A stretch of 32,000 bases of DNA from positions 4,050,001-4,082,000 of the forward strand of contig NZ_CP064923.1 in the NCBI RefSeq assembly GCF_018336915.1, given 5' to 3'. The position numbers and the translations under genes were made by a program. Of this stretch, positions 9,254 through 17,260 are shown piece by piece (the stretch's first letter is position 1; every line of letters begins with the position of its first letter). This stretch comes from Acaryochloris marina S15 (GTDB lineage Bacteria > Cyanobacteriota > Cyanobacteriia > Thermosynechococcales > Thermosynechococcaceae). The notes beneath the pieces were generated by a model. The model saw only the letters and a program-made list of their open reading frames with translations, was not told the DNA's origin and made no database searches.

Positions 9254-10462
9254 GTGGCGCTGATGGGTATGCAGACCTCTCCATATAGAAAAGGTCAACT
9301 ACTAGTCATTAGTAATGGCCATGGCGAAGACCAAGTTGCGGTTCGTATTCTGCAAGCATTAATTCAAGCCCAGCCAAAACTCCAGATTGCCGCATTACCG
9401 ATGGTGGGCCAAGGCCTGGCTTATCAAACGCAGCATGTCTCCTATTTGGTGAAGGGCAAGGTCTTTTTATCGGGAGGTTTTTGGGGGCGTGAATTTGGCC
9501 AAGATCTACAGGATGGCTTCATGGGCTTCACTCTGCAGCAAATCAGGGCGATGCAGCAGTGGTCTCGCAAGGGCGGGGCAGTACTAGCCGTTGGGGATAT
9601 TGTGCCTTTGATGTTGGCATGGTGGAGTGGTTTGCCCTATGCCTTCGTGGGTACTGCCAAGTCTGAATATTACAGAGGCAGTCATCCGCCCTATTTAAGG
9701 TCTTCTATTTATTGGCCTTGGGAACGGTGGCTCATGACCCATAAGCAATGTCGGGGAGTATTTCCTCGCGATCGCATCACGGCAACAACCTTACAACGCT
9801 GGTCCATCCCCGTTTTCGACTGCGGCAACCCAATGATGGACGACTTAGAGCCTCAAGGTCATTTACCTGAGTTGCCCCCTGGCTGCAAAATCTTGCTGTT
9901 ACCGGGATCGCATACTTCTGAAGTCTTTAGGAATTGGGAGTTAATGATCTCGGCAATTGCAGACTTACATCAGATGCAACAGAAGTACGTATTTTTAGGT
10001 GCGATCTCACCCGGTATTGATGGGCTACCCCTTCAAGAAACCCTGGTGAAATATGGATGGACTCCTCAGGAAGACACCGCATTTCCTTATTATCAGCACC
10101 AGCACCATTCCTTACTACTGGTTCCCAATGGTTTTAGAGATTGTTTGTCTGCTGCCAATATCGTGGTGGGGATGGCTGGCACCGCTACAGAGCAAGCAGT
10201 TGGCCTCGGTAAACCCGTGATCACGATGCCGGGTCATGGACCGCAGTTCACTGCTCAGTTTGCAGCAGCCCAAGCCCAGTTACTGGGCCCCTCTATTTAT
10301 CAAATCAAAACACCGGAAGAGTTGCCTCATATGCTGTCGGTCGTTCAGGAACAAGGCCGACATCCACAAGGTTGGATTGAGAATGGTCGCCACCGCATGG
10401 GATTACCCGGTGCCTCTGCCAAGATTGCTCAAACACTTCACCAGTATTTGTTAAATCCCTAA
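9254..10462 (+). CDS. lipid-A-disaccharide synthase-related protein (LpxB-like glycosyltransferase fold, cyanobacterial family)
   Basis: N-terminal LLVISNGHGEDQVAVRILQAL and C-terminal GMAGTATEQAVGLGKPVITMPG resemble the cyanobacterial LpxB-related family as I remember it. The start is ambiguous: GTG 9254, ATG 9263 or ATG 9269. Confidence 0.65.
   Translation: MALMGMQTSPYRKGQLLVISNGHGEDQVAVRILQALIQAQPKLQIAALPMVGQGLAYQTQHVSYLVKGKVFLSGGFWGREFGQDLQDGFMGFTLQQIRAMQQWSRKGGAVLAVGDIVPLMLAWWSGLPYAFVGTAKSEYYRGSHPPYLRSSIYWPWERWLMTHKQCRGVFPRDRITATTLQRWSIPVFDCGNPMMDDLEPQGHLPELPPGCKILLLPGSHTSEVFRNWELMISAIADLHQMQQKYVFLGAISPGIDGLPLQETLVKYGWTPQEDTAFPYYQHQHHSLLLVPNGFRDCLSAANIVVGMAGTATEQAVGLGKPVITMPGHGPQFTAQFAAAQAQLLGPSIYQIKTPEELPHMLSVVQEQGRHPQGWIENGRHRMGLPGASAKIAQTLHQYLLNP
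9768..9775. repeat. HIP1 palindrome GCGATCGC
   Basis: Exact octamer read in the sequence. Confidence 0.95.
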
Positions 10463-10625
10463 CGCTCACGATGACTGCTATGCAGCGGGTTCATAGCAAT
10501 AACAGATTTATTTTTGCAAATAAAATAAAATAAATCCCAGGCTTTCTGGTTTCTAAACCAATTTCTTCGATACTCAAGGGAAAGAAAAATACATTTTACA
10601 TCATTTACCTGGAGGGTCTTTTTGC

Positions 10626-11891
10626 ATGCTGCGTGTTTCCCCACAACTTCCTAGAATTGCTCTGGCCTGGGGAGTCTCCCTCAGTGCCATGGCTCCCCTT
10701 TTCTCTACACTCCCGGCATCAGCCCAAACCAATTTTTCTGATGTCAGCCTTGGCTATTGGGCGCGCCCATTTATCGAAAAACTAGCTGAAAAGAATGTCA
10801 TTAAAGGATTCCCTGATGGGACCTTCAAACCTGATCAGCCCGTAACCCGCGCTCAATTTGCGGCAATTGTTCGCCAAGCCTTTGATCGTGAGTCTACTCG
10901 CCAGTATCGCGGCTTCGCTGATGTTCCCACCAATCATTGGGCTCAGCCTGCCATTGATAAGGCTTATAGCACTCGCTTTTTATCAGGCTACCCTGGAAAT
11001 TTGTTTCAGCCCAATCAAAGAATCCCCAAGGTCCAAGCGCTAGTAGCCTTAGCCAGTGGTCTAGAGTTAGAACCCGATGCCCCCACCGATGAAGTATTAG
11101 CCACCTTTCGTGATGCAGCAGATATCCCTGGCTATGCCGATAAAGGCGTCACGGCATCAACAGAAGCGGGGTTAGTCGTGAACTATCCCAATGCCAACTT
11201 TCTAAATCCAAACCAGCAAGCTACCCGAGCCGAAATTGCAGCCTTTGTCTACCAAGCATTGGTCGACCAAGGGGATTTAGAGCCGATCCCTGACAAGGCT
11301 CGTGCCAATAATTACATTGTCAAACTAGATGGCACCTCCTCCCCTGGGAAACCCAGCACACCGATCAATACGGGTAGTATCATTGCCTCTGGCTCAAAGA
11401 TTCCCGTTCGGTATCCAGGTCCCAACAAAGTTAATTTAATTGTTGCCCCAGGCGAGACGGTGGAAACTACGCTGGAAGTCGCAGAGGACATTGCCAATGC
11501 TGCAGGGACGGTGCTCATTCCTAAAGGCAGTCTAATCGAAGGAACGCTAGTGCCAGTGAATGTCGGCACAACCCCTGGAACACAGTTTGTGGCTAAAACC
11601 CTTAAAGTCGGGACTCGCACTTACGATATGAGGGCCAGCTCTGATCCACAGGTGGCGGTTTCTCGTCAATCCGTCAAACCCAATGATATTAAGGGTGCCA
11701 TTAGCACAGCAGCCGGTCGAACCATCCTCAACTCCGTCCTAGGAAGTGGGTTTAACTTAGGCAGTTTACTTACTGGCGCTTTGCTGAGCGGTGTGGGCAC
11801 CAGTCCCTCTGCCCCCAAAGACAGCGTGATCGTGGTCGATCCAGCATCCTTAGAGTTAACCATCCAAGCGGGCTTGGATCTAACCACCTAG
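10626..11891 (+). CDS. secreted S-layer-homology (SLH) domain protein
   Basis: Signal peptide ending ...LPASAQT. Three SLH repeats follow: FSDVSLGYWARPFIEKLAEKNVIKGFPDGTFKPDQPVTRAQFAAIV, FADVPTNHWAQPAIDKAYSTRFLSGYPGNLFQPNQRIPKVQALVALA and FRDAADIPGYADKGVTASTEAGLVVNYPNANFLNPNQQATRAEIAAFV. The last ~190 aa form a Gly/Ser/Thr/Val-rich C-terminal region. Confidence 0.85.
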   Translation: MLRVSPQLPRIALAWGVSLSAMAPLFSTLPASAQTNFSDVSLGYWARPFIEKLAEKNVIKGFPDGTFKPDQPVTRAQFAAIVRQAFDRESTRQYRGFADVPTNHWAQPAIDKAYSTRFLSGYPGNLFQPNQRIPKVQALVALASGLELEPDAPTDEVLATFRDAADIPGYADKGVTASTEAGLVVNYPNANFLNPNQQATRAEIAAFVYQALVDQGDLEPIPDKARANNYIVKLDGTSSPGKPSTPINTGSIIASGSKIPVRYPGPNKVNLIVAPGETVETTLEVAEDIANAAGTVLIPKGSLIEGTLVPVNVGTTPGTQFVAKTLKVGTRTYDMRASSDPQVAVSRQSVKPNDIKGAISTAAGRTILNSVLGSGFNLGSLLTGALLSGVGTSPSAPKDSVIVVDPASLELTIQAGLDLTT

Positions 11892-11952
11892 ATCGCCAAT
11901 GTTCCACCCGCTCTTGCACAAAATCTCCAATCGCCAGGGCTGATGGAACAAC

Positions 11953-13176
11953 CTATGGATCTAATGCTTGCCAGATCGTTGTGAGAATAGTGTTGGAAAA
12001 CAAGAAACCATCCGGGTCCGTTAAACAAATGACATCTTCTTGATGGTGAGGCAATCGCACCCAGCCCTGCTCCTGGTAGGGCACTAAGCACCCTAGTAAA
12101 AGATCTACTGACTCAGGACTGGCAATATCTTGCAATGTGGCGAGGGAGACACCCGTTGCCAATCTGAGTCCCATCATTAATGTTTCCAACAGAATGTCCA
12201 GGTCAGTACTCACTTCATCGTCCATCTGCCCTTGAGCAGCAATCAACCGATTCACCCAGTCGGCGTAATCTTTACGGGTCCGAGGACGGCTGACCCTTTG
12301 CCCATGAACATAGCTGGTCGCCCCCATGCCAAAACCATAGTAGGGACCGTTTTGCCAATAGACTTGATTATGCCGACAGGTATGACCTGGGTGGGCATAG
12401 TTAGAGATTTCGTAATGGTCATAGCCGGCAGCGGTGAGGGCGGTAGCAGCGAGACGATACATCTGAGCTGCGGTTTCATCTGATGGTAGGGGCTGCATCC
12501 CTGGCTGATATTTTTTTCCAAATACCGTCGTCGGCTCAATCACCAAGTCATAGGTTGAAAGATGGGTCGGTTCCAAGGCGATGGCTGCCTCTAAACTAGC
12601 CTGCCATTGGTCCAGGGTCTGGTTAGGTAAACCAGAGATCAAATCCAGACCAAAATTGGTGATACCAGCTTGGTGGAGAATTGCGATCGCATCATCGATA
12701 TCCGCCACCGTATGGGAACGCCCGCAAGCCTGCAACAGCTCCTCCGTAAAAGCTTGAACCCCTAAACTGACTCTGTTAACCCCCAAAGCTTTGAACTGCT
12801 GCATTAGCAGCAAAGAAAAGGTTCCTGGATCCATTTCAATCGAAATTTCTATGTCCGGTTCAAAGCCAAATTGTTGTTCTAAAACCTGCAACACCTGCCC
12901 TAACTGCTGAGCAGATAACAGAGAAGGCGTCCCACCCCCGAAAAAGATGGTTTTTATCGGGTGTGGCCCCGTGGAAGTGACCTCAATTTCCTGGCATAAA
13001 AGATCGACATAATGGGCAATGGCAAGGGAAGTCTCTCCCCGCTTTCGATCCCCAATCACCGAGATGGGAAAATCACAATAAAAACATCGCCGCCGACAAA
13101 ACGGAATGTGAATATAAGCCGACGTTGGCCAAGGGCGAACAATCCGTGAAGAACGTGAGGGTTGAACTATTTTCAC
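11953..13176 (-). CDS. hemW: radical SAM heme chaperone HemW (HemN-like, oxygen-independent coproporphyrinogen oxidase family)
   Basis: Radical-SAM cluster motif YIHIPFCRRRCFYCDF (CxxxCxxC), GGGTPS, and a length and C-terminal region typical of HemW/HemN-like proteins. GTG start at 13176. Confidence 0.85.
   Translation of the reverse strand: MKIVQPSRSSRIVRPWPTSAYIHIPFCRRRCFYCDFPISVIGDRKRGETSLAIAHYVDLLCQEIEVTSTGPHPIKTIFFGGGTPSLLSAQQLGQVLQVLEQQFGFEPDIEISIEMDPGTFSLLLMQQFKALGVNRVSLGVQAFTEELLQACGRSHTVADIDDAIAILHQAGITNFGLDLISGLPNQTLDQWQASLEAAIALEPTHLSTYDLVIEPTTVFGKKYQPGMQPLPSDETAAQMYRLAATALTAAGYDHYEISNYAHPGHTCRHNQVYWQNGPYYGFGMGATSYVHGQRVSRPRTRKDYADWVNRLIAAQGQMDDEVSTDLDILLETLMMGLRLATGVSLATLQDIASPESVDLLLGCLVPYQEQGWVRLPHHQEDVICLTDPDGFLFSNTILTTIWQALDP
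12683..12690. repeat. HIP1 palindrome GCGATCGC
   Basis: Exact octamer read in the sequence. Confidence 0.95.
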
Positions 13177-13408
13177 AAACTGGATTGCCTCAGGATTAAA
13201 TCAGACCGTTGACCGCCAACGTTGATCTAGATCTATGTATTTTAATAGAATCTTTTTGGCCAAGGGAAAAAACGCCGTAAGGTCCTGAATTAAGGACACT
13301 ATAATAATTATTAGAGGTATTTTCCTCTGAGAAAATAACAAGTCCGATGACGTGTCCTTATTATCTCCGAAAAAGTGTGCCCCTCCTATTAAACGGTAAG
13401 CTAGGACA

Positions 13409-14494
13409 ATGCTAGACCTATTTATCATCTTGACCTTCATTGCTGTGGGTGCAGCAGTGGGTTTTCGGGGCGTCGATATCTTACCCGACCTGTTGACCCC
13501 CAGTGAATTAGAAGGGGTTAACATTGATGGTCTGCGGTGGGTGGCCACGGGCTTTGGGGCCCTTCTCAGCTTGGGCATTGGGTTTGCCGCTCAGGTCTCT
13601 TGCCGACGGATTGAGAAAAGGATTAAAGCCTTACCCACGGATGTCTTACTCAGCCGATCAGCCGGTCTATTTTTAGGGCTTTTAGTGGCCAATCTGATGT
13701 TGGCCCCCATCTTTCTATTTCCTTTACCCAAAGAGTTTGCGTTTATTAAACCCACTGCAGCGGTTTTGGGCAGCCTCATTTTTGCATTTTTGGGATTAAC
13801 CCTAGCCGATATTCATGGCCAAACCATTTTGCGGTTGATCAATCCCAACTCCCTTGAAACCATGCTACTGGCGGAAGGAACGCTACAACCCTCCCCAACG
13901 AAGGTTTTGGATACTAGCTGCATTATTGATGGCCGGATTGAGGGTCTATTACTGACGGGATTTTTGGATGGCCAAATTTTAGTTCCTCGTTTTATTTTGC
14001 AAGAACTACAAACTTTAGCCGATGCAGGCAATGACCAAAAACGAGCTCGAGGGCGGCGAGGGTTGGATATTCTCAACCGCCTACGAATGGAATACCCAGA
14101 TCGCATCACCATACATCCTGCTGATTACGAGGATGTCTCTACCGTAGACGCTAAGTTAGTGCGACTGGCCCAAGATATCAATGCATCCATGGTCACCAAT
14201 GACTACAATCTCAACAAAGTGGCGAGTGTCCAAAGTATCCAGGTTCTCAATGTCAATGATTTGGCGAAATCACTACGGCCGGTTTATCTGCCTGGAGATA
14301 GCTTAGATCTCAAAATCATCAAGGTCGGTAAGGAACCCGCCCAAGGAGTAGGTTATTTAGAGGACGGCACGATGGTGGTGGTAGAAGAAGCCAGCAACCA
14401 TATCGGTGATAAGGTGCCAGTCGTGGTGACCAGTGCCTTACAAACCTCAGCAGGTCGCATGATTTTTGCCCGTCCGCAAACAGCTTGGGCCTAA
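13409..14494 (+). CDS. membrane-anchored PIN/TRAM domain protein (YacL-like)
   Basis: Four hydrophobic N-terminal helices. PIN-like VLDTSCIIDGRI ... MVTNDYNLNKVA. C-terminal TRAM-like GDSLDLKIIKVGKEPAQGVGYLEDGTMVVVEE...VVVTSALQTSAGRMIFARP. Confidence 0.8.
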   Translation: MLDLFIILTFIAVGAAVGFRGVDILPDLLTPSELEGVNIDGLRWVATGFGALLSLGIGFAAQVSCRRIEKRIKALPTDVLLSRSAGLFLGLLVANLMLAPIFLFPLPKEFAFIKPTAAVLGSLIFAFLGLTLADIHGQTILRLINPNSLETMLLAEGTLQPSPTKVLDTSCIIDGRIEGLLLTGFLDGQILVPRFILQELQTLADAGNDQKRARGRRGLDILNRLRMEYPDRITIHPADYEDVSTVDAKLVRLAQDINASMVTNDYNLNKVASVQSIQVLNVNDLAKSLRPVYLPGDSLDLKIIKVGKEPAQGVGYLEDGTMVVVEEASNHIGDKVPVVVTSALQTSAGRMIFARPQTAWA

Positions 14495-14553
14495 TTCTCC
14501 AGAACCTGTTACTGGCAATGAACAACCTGATATACTGGGTTTTCAAATTTCAT

Positions 14554-14625
14554 GCCGATGTAGCTCAGTGGTAGAGCACTCGATTCGTAATCGAGCGGCC
14601 GTGCGTTCAAATCGCATCATCGGCT
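14554..14625 (+). tRNA. tRNA-Thr (anticodon CGT, reads ACG)
   Basis: Hand-folded cloverleaf. Acceptor stem GCCGATG (14554-14560) / CATCGGC (14618-14624). D-arm GCTC-AGTGGTA-GAGC. Anticodon stem CTCGA/TCGAG with loop TTCGTAA (anticodon CGT at 14586-14588). 5-nt variable loop. T-arm GTGCG-TTCAAAT-CGCAT. Discriminator T. CCA is not encoded. Confidence 0.9.
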
Positions 14626-14675
14626 TTTGGGTTAATCGCTTTCTGGGGAGTGGAAATTGCTTTCCCCTTGGCAAT

Positions 14676-15479
14676 TTATACTTCCATCAGTAGTGAAGAC
14701 TTGAGGGATCGGCAAAAAGTACTGATCGCTGATAGCCCTTGACTGGAGCTACCCTCACTCAAACGATTCACAAACGCACTACCCACAATAGCGGCATCTG
14801 CTCCCCATTCCATCATCTGACGAGCATGTTCCGTTCGCGAAATACCGAAGCCAACACCGATCGGCTTATCTGTCACTTGTCGCAAATCTGCAATTAAATC
14901 TTGAACGCGATTTTCCACCTTGGTACGCATCCCCGTGACGCCAGTAGTGCTCACTAGGTAAATAAAGCCTTGGGAACACAAGGCAATTTTCTCAATTCGT
15001 TCTTTTGAGCTAGTCGGTGCGACCAACAGCGTCACTTCAATCCCCAAGTCAGTCGCTTGCTGCAATAGATACTCTGATTCTTCTAAAGGTAAATCAGGAA
15101 CCACTAAACCCCGCACCCCAGCTTTGGCAATCTGCTGCAGATATTCAGTAACCCCTCGATGGTAAATGGGGTTGTAGTAGGTAAATAAAATAATGGGGGC
15201 TCGAATTTCAGGAGATAGCTCTGTCACCATCCCTAAAACATGATCCAGACGGGTCCCTCGCTGCAATGCCCGAGTCGCTGCGGCCTGGATGACGGGTCCA
15301 TCTGCCAAGGGATCAGAATAGGGCACTCCTAGCTCAATTAAATCTGCACCACTCGCGTCTAACTGACGTAGAGCACTGGCTGTGGTTTCTAAATCTGGAT
15401 CTCCAGCCGTTAAGAACGGAATCAGTGCGCATTGGCCACGGTTGCGCAGCTGAGCAAAACAATCAGAAACAGAGGTCAT
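14676..15479 (-). CDS. trpA: tryptophan synthase alpha subunit
   Basis: [41 protein letters not shown] and GFGIS are classical TrpA motifs. 267 aa. Confidence 0.93.
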   Translation of the reverse strand: MTSVSDCFAQLRNRGQCALIPFLTAGDPDLETTASALRQLDASGADLIELGVPYSDPLADGPVIQAAATRALQRGTRLDHVLGMVTELSPEIRAPIILFTYYNPIYHRGVTEYLQQIAKAGVRGLVVPDLPLEESEYLLQQATDLGIEVTLLVAPTSSKERIEKIALCSQGFIYLVSTTGVTGMRTKVENRVQDLIADLRQVTDKPIGVGFGISRTEHARQMMEWGADAAIVGSAFVNRLSEGSSSQGLSAISTFCRSLKSSLLMEV

Positions 15480-15784
15480 TACGAATCAGTCTCATCGTCA
15501 ATAGAAGCTTGTAAGGCCTCAAGTTCTTCTGGAGTCATTTCTTTCAAACGCTTTTCCAGCATGGCATCTTCATAGTCTTCTCGCTGCTGGTTATAGGTCA
15601 TATTACCTGTGACCACCCGCAGAAAGTAAGAGGCTACCCAGCCCAGCAGCCCTGCAGCAAAAACAACTTGGCTCCAGACTCCTGCACTTTGGGGTTCGAT
15701 ACCGGCGTATCGCAGTCCTCCATAAATGAGTCCCCCGGCCAAAAACACACCGATACCAATTGCGATCGCATCTATTCGGCGCAT
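15479..15784 (-). CDS. small two-helix membrane protein (DUF3007-like, cyanobacterial)
   Basis: Two hydrophobic helices ([19 protein letters not shown]; [16 protein letters not shown]) followed by an acidic helical tail. Its stop overlaps the trpA start (TAATG read on the minus strand, 15481-15477). The family name is from memory. Confidence 0.6.
   Translation of the reverse strand: MRRIDAIAIGIGVFLAGGLIYGGLRYAGIEPQSAGVWSQVVFAAGLLGWVASYFLRVVTGNMTYNQQREDYEDAMLEKRLKEMTPEELEALQASIDDETDS
15762..15769. repeat. HIP1 palindrome GCGATCGC
   Basis: Exact octamer read in the sequence. Confidence 0.95.
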
Positions 15785-15788
15785 GGGC

Positions 15789-16025
15789 TCAAATTTTGCG
15801 AGGTTGGGGACGGAAATTCAAGAAAGGGCTGAGCAACAGCAAACTGGGGAAGAAAAAGAACACCATAAAGTACATAAATCCACGCTCAAAAGAGCTAGCA
15901 ACATACCAGCGCTTTTGGAGATAGAAATAGGTAATGGCGGGCATCACCAGCAGATAGCCACCCAACAGTCCCAATAAGAGGATTAAATTAACAACCATAG
16001 AAATTGGATATTTAGTCAAGTCCAA
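15789..16025 (-). CDS. ndhL: NAD(P)H-quinone oxidoreductase (NDH-1) subunit L
   Basis: The core [42 protein letters not shown] matches the conserved NdhL sequence as I remember it from Synechocystis/Thermosynechococcus. The track start 16025 is TTG. ATG at 15998 ([10 protein letters not shown]...) is the more likely start. Confidence 0.8.
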   Translation of the reverse strand: MDLTKYPISMVVNLILLLGLLGGYLLVMPAITYFYLQKRWYVASSFERGFMYFMVFFFFPSLLLLSPFLNFRPQPRKI

Positions 16026-16155
16026 GGGGTTTAGAACATGCTGGCATACAGCCTCAAGGACGAAGTCCTATGCATTTCGTCCTCCTATTCTACCTTGCAG
16101 GTTGCCCTCCCCCCAGAATTAACAGCAGGTCTCTGACATCCATGCAAATTGCAGG

Positions 16156-17214
16156 TTAATGAGACCCTAACAGCTTGGCAATTTTCTGTTCTAGCACCCT
16201 CACTCGCTGGGCCAGATGGGGTAACCTTTTGACCACCGCCATTGCCCGTAGCCATAGCCGGTGATTAATTGCTGGATAGCCCGCTACCTTCGAATCTGGC
16301 ATTAAAGACTGGTGAACCCCACTCTGGGCAGCAACGGTCGTTCGATCCCCCAAGGTGACTTGCCCCGAGATACCCACTTGTCCCGCCAAAATCACCTGCT
16401 GCCCTAACTTCGTTGCTCCCGCCAAACCGACCTGAGCGCAAATTAGACTATCTGCTCCAATCTGGCTGCCATGGCCAATCTGGACGAGATTATCAATTTT
16501 CGTCCCTGCACCAATACGAGTCTCGCCCACAGCTGGCCGATCAATAGTCGTATTACAGCCCACCACAACCTGATCTTCAAGAATCGTCTGACCCGATTGG
16601 GGCATTGGATACCAACGACGAGCTTGATCCACGATAGGGACAAACCCAAATCCTTCTGCCCCGATCACTGCTCCACTATGAATGACACAATCAGCCCCAA
16701 TACTCGTATGCTCATGAATCACACAATTGGCATGGAGAAGGGTGCGATCGCCAATCGTTACCCCTGGATAAATCACCACATTAGGGAAAATTTGCACATC
16801 ATTTCCTAACCTGACATCCCCATGGATCACCACATGAGCTCCAACCCCCACACCTTCTCCTATTTGGACTTCAGCATCAATAACAGCGGTGGTATGACAG
16901 TTCGACGGCAATCGCCAAGGTTGATAAAAACAGGTCAGGGCTCGGGCAAACCAATATCGCGGATGTTCTACCGCAAACCAAGCCATCCCCCTAGAAGTGG
17001 CCAGAGCCTGTAAGTCAGCATCAGGGGGCAAAATCAAGACACTGGCTTGATTTTTTTCAATCAGGTGAGCCCGGTGTGCTCCTTCAACAAAGCTAAGGAT
17101 TCCAGGGCCAGCCTGATCCAGCGCGGCACATCCATGCAAAGTTGGATCGGTTAAGGGAGAACTCATTGCTACAGGCGTGATAGCAAGCCGCTCAATCAGC
17201 TCACTCAACTTCAT
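16156..17214 (-). CDS. lpxD: UDP-3-O-acylglucosamine N-acyltransferase
   Basis: N-terminal MKLSELIERL... LpxD-type domain, followed by a long run of hexapeptide repeats (left-handed beta-helix: IGEGVGVGAHVVIHGDVRLGNDVQIFPNVVIYPGVTIGDRT...) and a C-terminal helix. 352 aa. Confidence 0.88.
   Translation of the reverse strand: MKLSELIERLAITPVAMSSPLTDPTLHGCAALDQAGPGILSFVEGAHRAHLIEKNQASVLILPPDADLQALATSRGMAWFAVEHPRYWFARALTCFYQPWRLPSNCHTTAVIDAEVQIGEGVGVGAHVVIHGDVRLGNDVQIFPNVVIYPGVTIGDRTLLHANCVIHEHTSIGADCVIHSGAVIGAEGFGFVPIVDQARRWYPMPQSGQTILEDQVVVGCNTTIDRPAVGETRIGAGTKIDNLVQIGHGSQIGADSLICAQVGLAGATKLGQQVILAGQVGISGQVTLGDRTTVAAQSGVHQSLMPDSKVAGYPAINHRLWLRAMAVVKRLPHLAQRVRVLEQKIAKLLGSH
16744..16751. repeat. 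HIP1 palindrome GCGATCGC
   Basis: Exact octamer read in the sequence. Confidence 0.95.
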
Positions 17215-17260
17215 AATTGAGGTAATCCCTCCACTCCCGTCTGACTCAGACTTCTAACCC

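Noticed and set aside
10476-10496. Hairpin GCTATG-N9-CATAGC after the LpxB-related gene as a possible terminator.
   Set aside because: The stem is only 6 bp, the loop is large, and the T-run is displaced by about 15 nt. Not convincing.
10858-11887. ORFs 10858-11043 (+), 11312-11620 (-) and 11666-11887 (-) overlapping the SLH protein gene.
   Set aside because: They are embedded in, or antisense to, a gene with a signal peptide and three clear SLH repeats. Their translations are Pro/Gly/Ser-rich mirror images with no motifs.
11888-12539. ORFs 11888-12091 (-), 12232-12483 (+) and 12252-12539 (-) overlapping hemW.
   Set aside because: These are alternative-frame or antisense shadows of a well-supported radical-SAM gene.
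13201-13578. 125-aa minus-strand ORF spanning the hemW/PIN-TRAM divergent region and the first 170 nt of the PIN/TRAM gene. Also 13591-13779 and 13813-14112 (minus), and 14319-14546 / 14466-14693 overlapping the tRNA.
   Set aside because: The products are basic and low-complexity, antisense to a gene with clear TM, PIN and TRAM organisation, or running through the tRNA-Thr gene. No independent support.
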